Positions 59,183 to 64,000 of a stretch of DNA of 64,000 bases are shown piece by piece. The notes under the pieces are model-generated. The model ran no database searches and was not told where the DNA came from. It worked only from the letters and a program-made list of their open reading frames with translations. Position numbers and translations under genes: made by a program. Source of the DNA: an uncultured Chloroflexia bacterium (GTDB lineage: Bacteria; Chloroflexota; Limnocylindria; Limnocylindrales; CSP1-4); assembly GCA_963707215.1 (NCBI GenBank), contig CAVPPB010000003.1, forward strand, positions 1,440,001-1,504,000, written 5' to 3'. Positions within the stretch are counted from its first letter, which is position 1. Every line of letters begins with the position of its first letter.

Positions 59183-61117
59183 TCAGCCGGTGCAGACCGT
59201 CATGGGAGCGGTGGCAGCGACGACCGCCGGACCACCCAGAAGGACGACCTTGCTCGGTCCGAGGCGGGCGAGCTCGGCCGCGACGACCGGCGGCAGGCAG
59301 TCCTTCCGGGTCAGCAGGAGTGGGCTCTCGGCGCGGGCCGCCGCAGGGACCCCGGCGAGGGCATCGGGGAAGTTCGTGCCGGTGGCCAGGAAGACGGTGG
59401 TGGCGCCGGCCTCGAAGACCGACGCGCTGATGTCGGCGCTCGTGGCGTAGCGGTCGGCGCCCCACCAGCGGCTGACCGGGACGGCGGGGTAGGCGGCCCC
59501 TAGCTCGGCCACGACCGCGGGACCGAGGACCCCGGGGCCGCCGAGGAGGACGAACTCGGTCGGGGTGAGCGTCGCAAGGGCGGCCATCGTCGGGACGGGC
59601 ACATCGCTCGCGGTCGCCAGGACGATCGGCGCCTCGATCGCCGCCGCGGCGGCGCCCCCGGAGAGCGCGTCAGGGAAGTCCCTCCCCGTGGCGACGAAGA
59701 CCCGCCCGACGTAGCCGGTGAAGCGGTCCTCCACGACCGCGGCCGCGGTGGCATAGCGATCGGGACCCGCGAGCCTCGTGACCGAGCCAGTCGTGTACGG
59801 CCTGAGCGCGGTCAGGACGGACCCTGAGACGGCGGCGGGGCCGCCGAGGACCCGGATCTTCGCGGGCCGCAGGCGGCTCAGCTCGGCCGCCACGACAGCC
59901 GGGATCGCGTCGCGGGTGACCAGCAGGACCGGGCCGCCCTCCGCCGCTGCCGCCGGGCCCCCGGCGAGGGCATCCGGGAAGTCCTGCCCGGTGGCGACGT
60001 AGGCGACCGGGACCGGCGGGCTCGGGAAGGTCGCCGCGCTGATCGCCGCCGCAGTGGCGTAGCGGTCGGGACCCGAGAGGCGGGCGACGGTCGGCGGAGC
60101 CGTCCCGGTCGCGACGAGGTGATCGATCGCGCCGCCGTCGGGGACCGCCGCGTTCGCGAGGTCGATGACCGCCTGGGTCGCCCCGTCGAACCTGGGGCCG
60201 TACAGCCTCGGATCGCCGGGGATCCGGTACGAGCTGACCGACCCCACCGACCCGGAGCCGTCTGCCGGATCCGACGAGCCAAGGAGCCACGGCCCGCCGG
60301 ATGCGCCCGGCGTCATGTCGCATGGCGTCCCCCAGCCACCGACCAGGGCCGACAGCTCGACCATGCCCGTGCAGCGGACCAGCCGATCGCCGTCGAACGG
60401 CGCGGCTGCCGGGTAGCCGAAGACGTCGACCGGGTCGCCGGCCGGCACGGTCCCGATCCGCACGGGGTAGGCGCCGAGCGAGTCGAGCTGGCCACCGCCG
60501 TGGAGCCCCTGGCCGACCACGGCCACCGCGTAGTCGTGCTGGGCCGCGGCGACGCTCAACCCGTCCTCGGCCGCGTAGGCAGCGTGGATGACCAGTGCAC
60601 CGGCCACCCAGCAGTCGCGGGCGACCGTGGCGCAGTCGTACGTGGGGGCAGCATCCCAGTCGGGCACGAAGATCCAGTCCGACGCCCAGACGTGGTCCTC
60701 GTTGTCGTAGGCGCAGTGCGCAGCCGTGAGGACGAGCGAGCGACCCGGGTCGCCATCGTCCTGGATGACCGACCCTGAGCAGACGAAGTCGTCTCCGCCG
60801 ACGGTCAGGAAGATCTTCCCGGACCGTGCCGCGATGGCGCCGCCGCCGTCCCAGGGTGCGCTCACGGGGTCCAGGCCCAAGGCAGGCGCTGCTGGATCGC
60901 TCTCCGCCCGGGACACGCCCGCCGGTGGGATCGATCCGACCAGGGTCACGTCGAGCGGAGTCGCCGACCGCATACGCTCCTCGGTCCAGTGGGTCAGCGC
61001 CCGTACCCGCGAGGCCTCGGATCGGTCCGCGGCCAGTGTCGGAGCCGGCCACGGAGCGACAGCCGCGGCGACGAGCAGCACCGCCAGGAACACGGGGCGG
61101 ACGGGCGAGTGGCGCAT
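59183..61117 (-). CDS. Secreted trypsin-like serine protease with three cell-wall-binding-2 (CWB2) repeats
   Basis: Signal peptide; LTAAHC, HDYA, GASGGPW triad; 3x G.DRYAT...ATG.(D/N)FPDAL. Confidence 0.9.
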   Translation of the reverse strand: MRHSPVRPVFLAVLLVAAAVAPWPAPTLAADRSEASRVRALTHWTEERMRSATPLDVTLVGSIPPAGVSRAESDPAAPALGLDPVSAPWDGGGAIAARSGKIFLTVGGDDFVCSGSVIQDDGDPGRSLVLTAAHCAYDNEDHVWASDWIFVPDWDAAPTYDCATVARDCWVAGALVIHAAYAAEDGLSVAAAQHDYAVAVVGQGLHGGGQLDSLGAYPVRIGTVPAGDPVDVFGYPAAAPFDGDRLVRCTGMVELSALVGGWGTPCDMTPGASGGPWLLGSSDPADGSGSVGSVSSYRIPGDPRLYGPRFDGATQAVIDLANAAVPDGGAIDHLVATGTAPPTVARLSGPDRYATAAAISAATFPSPPVPVAYVATGQDFPDALAGGPAAAAEGGPVLLVTRDAIPAVVAAELSRLRPAKIRVLGGPAAVSGSVLTALRPYTTGSVTRLAGPDRYATAAAVVEDRFTGYVGRVFVATGRDFPDALSGGAAAAAIEAPIVLATASDVPVPTMAALATLTPTEFVLLGGPGVLGPAVVAELGAAYPAVPVSRWWGADRYATSADISASVFEAGATTVFLATGTNFPDALAGVPAAARAESPLLLTRKDCLPPVVAAELARLGPSKVVLLGGPAVVAATAPMTVCTG

Positions 61118-61137
61118 CGACGGACCTCCGTCGTAGA

Positions 61138-61162
61138 GACGGGCGGGGCGAGCGGTCGTTGC
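61138..61162 (-). promoter_or_regulatory. ECF-type promoter GCAAC-N16-CGTC (copy 3)
   Basis: Minus strand GCAAC gaccgctcgccccgcc CGTC, 20 nt before the protease ATG, with GGAGG RBS in between. Confidence 0.65.
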
Positions 61163-61233
61163 CCTCGCCGCGCGATGGTACGCCCTGGACGTCGGGATGG
61201 AGCCCGGGCCACGACCCGCGTCGCTGCGGGGTC

Positions 61234-61968
61234 TCAGCCTCGGCGCTGGAGGGTCAGGTAGGCGATCCCGAGGCCGCCGGCGCACCAGGCTGCGAGCAGC
61301 GCCCAGGCCCCGATGGACATCGGGAAGGTCGAGGCGGCGACGGTGCCCCGGATGACCTCGCCCATGGCCTGGACGGGCAGCAGGGCGTGGACGGCCTGGA
61401 GCCAGTCGGGCAGGCGCTCGGGCGGGAAGTTGAGGGGCGAGAACATCAGGACGAAGACGACCAGCACCTGGGTCAGGAGCATGGCGATCGTCGGCGGCAG
61501 CACCGAGGCCATCGCATAGCCGACCGACGCTGACGTCAGCGCCACCAGGAGGAACGCCGGCACGACCAGCGGGCTGACGTCGAGGTCGAGCCCGAAGCGG
61601 ACGACCCCGATGCCGAGGGCAAAGACGACGCCGGGCAGCACGATGGCCATCCAGACCGTCAGGTCGGCGAAGAGGTAGACGAGGCGGGGTACGGGCAGGG
61701 CACGCATGTACTCGAGGGTCCCGGCCGTCTTGGCCTGGGCGACGACCTGTGGCACCGCCACGAGCCCCATCGTGATGAGCGTGATCGCCGGCGCTCCGGT
61801 CGCCAGGAAGAGCACGGTGACCGGATCGATCTCCGGGAAGAGCAGCGGATAGCCGATCACGATCCCCAGCGCGAAGAGCGACTGGACCACCATCGCCAGC
61901 GGCAGGAAGCCCTTGAGGCGAAGCGCCTGCCAGCGGACCAGGAGGGTGTAGCTACGCAGCGAGGACAT
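61234..61968 (-). CDS. ABC-2 exporter permease
   Basis: 6 TM; GTLEYMRALPV, FSPLNFPPERLPDWLQ. Confidence 0.9.
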   Translation of the reverse strand: MSSLRSYTLLVRWQALRLKGFLPLAMVVQSLFALGIVIGYPLLFPEIDPVTVLFLATGAPAITLITMGLVAVPQVVAQAKTAGTLEYMRALPVPRLVYLFADLTVWMAIVLPGVVFALGIGVVRFGLDLDVSPLVVPAFLLVALTSASVGYAMASVLPPTIAMLLTQVLVVFVLMFSPLNFPPERLPDWLQAVHALLPVQAMGEVIRGTVAASTFPMSIGAWALLAAWCAGGLGIAYLTLQRRG

Positions 61969-62926
61969 CATCGGTCTCCCCATCGGCGAGCGCGTCGGCA
62001 CGCCCAACGAGCTCGATGTACACGTCTTCGAGCGTGGCAGGGGCCAGCGAGTACTCCTCCGCGACACCCTCGCGACGCAGCTCGTCGGCCCAATCGACCG
62101 CCTCGCCGGCGCTGGCTGCCGGGACCGTGGCGAGCGCCCGCGAGCCGTTCGGGACGTAGCGGCGGATGAAGGGGGCCGGCAGCGGGGCGACGGCACCCGG
62201 CTCAAGGACGAGCTCCAGCCGGAGATCGTCGGCGATCCCGCTCTTGAGCTCCGCCGGGGTCCCCTGGGCGATCACCCGCCCGCGGTCGAGGATGGCCAGG
62301 CGATCGACCGACCGCTCGGCCTCGACGACGTTGTGGGTCACCAGGAGCACGGCCGCTCCCTCGTCGGCCAGCATCCGGACCTGCTCCCAGAGGAGCCGGC
62401 GACGGACCGGGTCGACGTCGTTGGTCGGCTCGTCGAGGATGACGATCCGGCCGGGGACCACGGCCGCCATGGCGAAGGAGACGAGCCGCTTCACGCCGCC
62501 CGACAGGCGCTCCCCGCCCGTCCGGCGCCACTCGCCCAGCGAGAGATCGTCGATGAACCGGTCGCGGCGCGCTCGCACCTCCGTCGGGTCGCCACCGCGG
62601 AGGCGTCCGATGAGCTCGATCGCCTGGTCCGGTGTGAGCCCGTCGATCGGCAGCTGGACCTGAGGCTGGAGCGAGCAGGCTCGGCGAGCCGCTGCCGGGT
62701 CGCCGACCGCATCCATGCCTTCGATCCGGATCGTGCCCGCATCCGGACGGAGCAGGCCGACGATCTGGTTGACCAGCGTGGTCTTGCCGGCGCCGTTGTG
62801 GCCGAGCAGGCCGAAGACCTGGCCGGCGTCGATCGCCAGGTCGATCCCGTCGTTCGCCCGCACGGCGGCACCCCGCCGGGACCGCGGGCGGTAGGTCTTC
62901 GTCAGTCCCTCGATCTCGAGCAGCAT
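61952..62926 (-). CDS. ABC-2 exporter ATP-binding protein
   Basis: GHNGAGKTT, LSGG, ILDEPT, VTHN. Confidence 0.95.
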   Translation of the reverse strand: MLLEIEGLTKTYRPRSRRGAAVRANDGIDLAIDAGQVFGLLGHNGAGKTTLVNQIVGLLRPDAGTIRIEGMDAVGDPAAARRACSLQPQVQLPIDGLTPDQAIELIGRLRGGDPTEVRARRDRFIDDLSLGEWRRTGGERLSGGVKRLVSFAMAAVVPGRIVILDEPTNDVDPVRRRLLWEQVRMLADEGAAVLLVTHNVVEAERSVDRLAILDRGRVIAQGTPAELKSGIADDLRLELVLEPGAVAPLPAPFIRRYVPNGSRALATVPAASAGEAVDWADELRREGVAEEYSLAPATLEDVYIELVGRADALADGETDDVLAA

Positions 62927-62973
62927 CTCGACTTCCCTTCGGCTGGCGATCCGATCGTCGGTCGCCGATCTCA

Positions 62974-63043
62974 GATACCTACCAGTATCGCTATACCGAT
63001 GAGCATGTCAATACTGCAAAGGACGTAGATACCGTGTGGTATC
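62974..63043. promoter_or_regulatory. TetR-type operators GATAC-N6-GTATC (two copies)
   Basis: GATACCTACCAGTATC 62974-62989 and GATACCGTGTGGTATC 63028-63043 in the AT-rich divergent region. Confidence 0.7.
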
Positions 63044-63051
63044 ATTGCCGC

Positions 63052-63927
63052 ATGAGCGGCAGTCAAGACGATCCTGTCGAGCGGGCCAGGCGCTCGGGCG
63101 CCGAGATCCGCGCCAGCGTCCGCCTGACGACCGAGGCAGCGCGCGAGACGGCTCGCGCCGGCCGAGAGAGCGGCGCGCTCTCCCGCGAGATCGCGGCGAC
63201 GACCAAGGAGGCCATCCGCCAAGCCGTCGCCGAGGCCCGTGCGGCCCTCAAGGACTCGAGCCTGGAGATCCGCGTGGAGCGCCTCTCGCGCGAGGAGAGC
63301 CGGCAGCGGACGCGGGAGCTGCTACTCGACGCGGCAGCCGAGGTGTTCAGCCGGCTGGGCTACCACGGCGCGTCGCTCGAGGCCGTCGCCGAGGCTGCCG
63401 GCTTCACCAAGGGCGCCGTCTACTCCAACTTCGCCACCAAGGGCGAGCTCTTCGCGGCGCTGCTCCGCAGGTCATCGGAGCAGCGGGTCGAGGGACAGAT
63501 CGAGGCGCTCGGAGCGCTCTCCCTCGCCCAGCTCGCCGACCTCTCCGGCCCGATGCTCCAGAAGCAAGCCCGGGAACAGTCGACCTGGGACATCCTCCAG
63601 ATCGAGTTCTGGCTGGCCGCCATGCGCGATCCGACGCTCAAGCAGCTGATGTGCGAGGGCAGTGACGAACTCTACGAGCGCATGGGCGAGACCGTCTCGA
63701 AGAAGCTCGCGGAAGAGGGCGCAGGATCCCAGTTCAGCGGGGCCGAACTCGCCCGCCTCGTCAACGCGCTGGGCACCGGCCTCCTCGTCCAGGTCTACCT
63801 GGACCCTGAATCGGTGGACCCGGCGCTCTTCGGGCGAGGCATCCGGGCCCTGGCCGGCCTGCCGCCCGTCGGGGACAGCGGGCCGGCGGACGGAGCGTCC
63901 CGGCAGACCGACGCCCCTCAGGAGTAG
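63052..63927 (+). CDS. TetR/AcrR family regulator with N-terminal helical extension
   Basis: TRELLLDAAAEVF..GYHGASLEAVAEAAGFTKGAVYSNFATKGELF HTH. Confidence 0.92.
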   Translation: MSGSQDDPVERARRSGAEIRASVRLTTEAARETARAGRESGALSREIAATTKEAIRQAVAEARAALKDSSLEIRVERLSREESRQRTRELLLDAAAEVFSRLGYHGASLEAVAEAAGFTKGAVYSNFATKGELFAALLRRSSEQRVEGQIEALGALSLAQLADLSGPMLQKQAREQSTWDILQIEFWLAAMRDPTLKQLMCEGSDELYERMGETVSKKLAEEGAGSQFSGAELARLVNALGTGLLVQVYLDPESVDPALFGRGIRALAGLPPVGDSGPADGASRQTDAPQE

Positions 63928-64000
63928 CGCTCGCGGCGGACGAGCTCGTCGAGCGGGCGACGCGCCTCACCCGGCTTCGATTTCGGGGCCGCACCGGCCT

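Noticed and set aside
1-64000. CRISPR array, rRNA, IS/transposase or prophage
   Set aside because: No regularly spaced repeats, rRNA-like tracts, transposase or phage structural motifs seen

Overview
Very GC-rich (about 70% or more by eye), gene-dense bacterial chromosomal window with about 60 protein genes and one tRNA-Thr(CGT). Gene content mixes actinobacteria-like features (MtrAB/CseBC-like two-component system with GerMN lipoprotein, UvrD2, FurA-like Fur, F420-dependent enzymes, many leaderless-looking genes) with Pro/Ser-rich secreted proteins and a 'TPPPTST' C-terminal anchor. This suggests, by inference only, an uncultured monoderm such as Chloroflexota class Limnocylindria. Contents: two VapBC toxin-antitoxin pairs, three ABC systems, an arylsulfatase with radical-SAM maturase, SulP and CPA1 transporters, a diheme cytochrome c peroxidase-family gene, and an iron/oxidative-stress block (P1B-5 ATPase-hemerythrin, Dps, Fur). 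At least 8 genes are broken by small indels, probably long-read assembly errors. No integrase, transposase, CRISPR array or rRNA was seen. Best leads: (i) an identical GCAAC-N16-CGTC ECF-type promoter upstream of three unlinked secreted/surface-protein genes; (ii) the Fur-boxed Dps/Fur/P1B-5 ATPase/His-rich membrane protein module; (iii) a DUF2652 cyclase-like/SRPBCC fusion; (iv) three orphan C-terminal gene tails left after deletions; (v) a CapA-family protein with substituted metal ligands. All family calls come from motif recognition by eye, not database searches.
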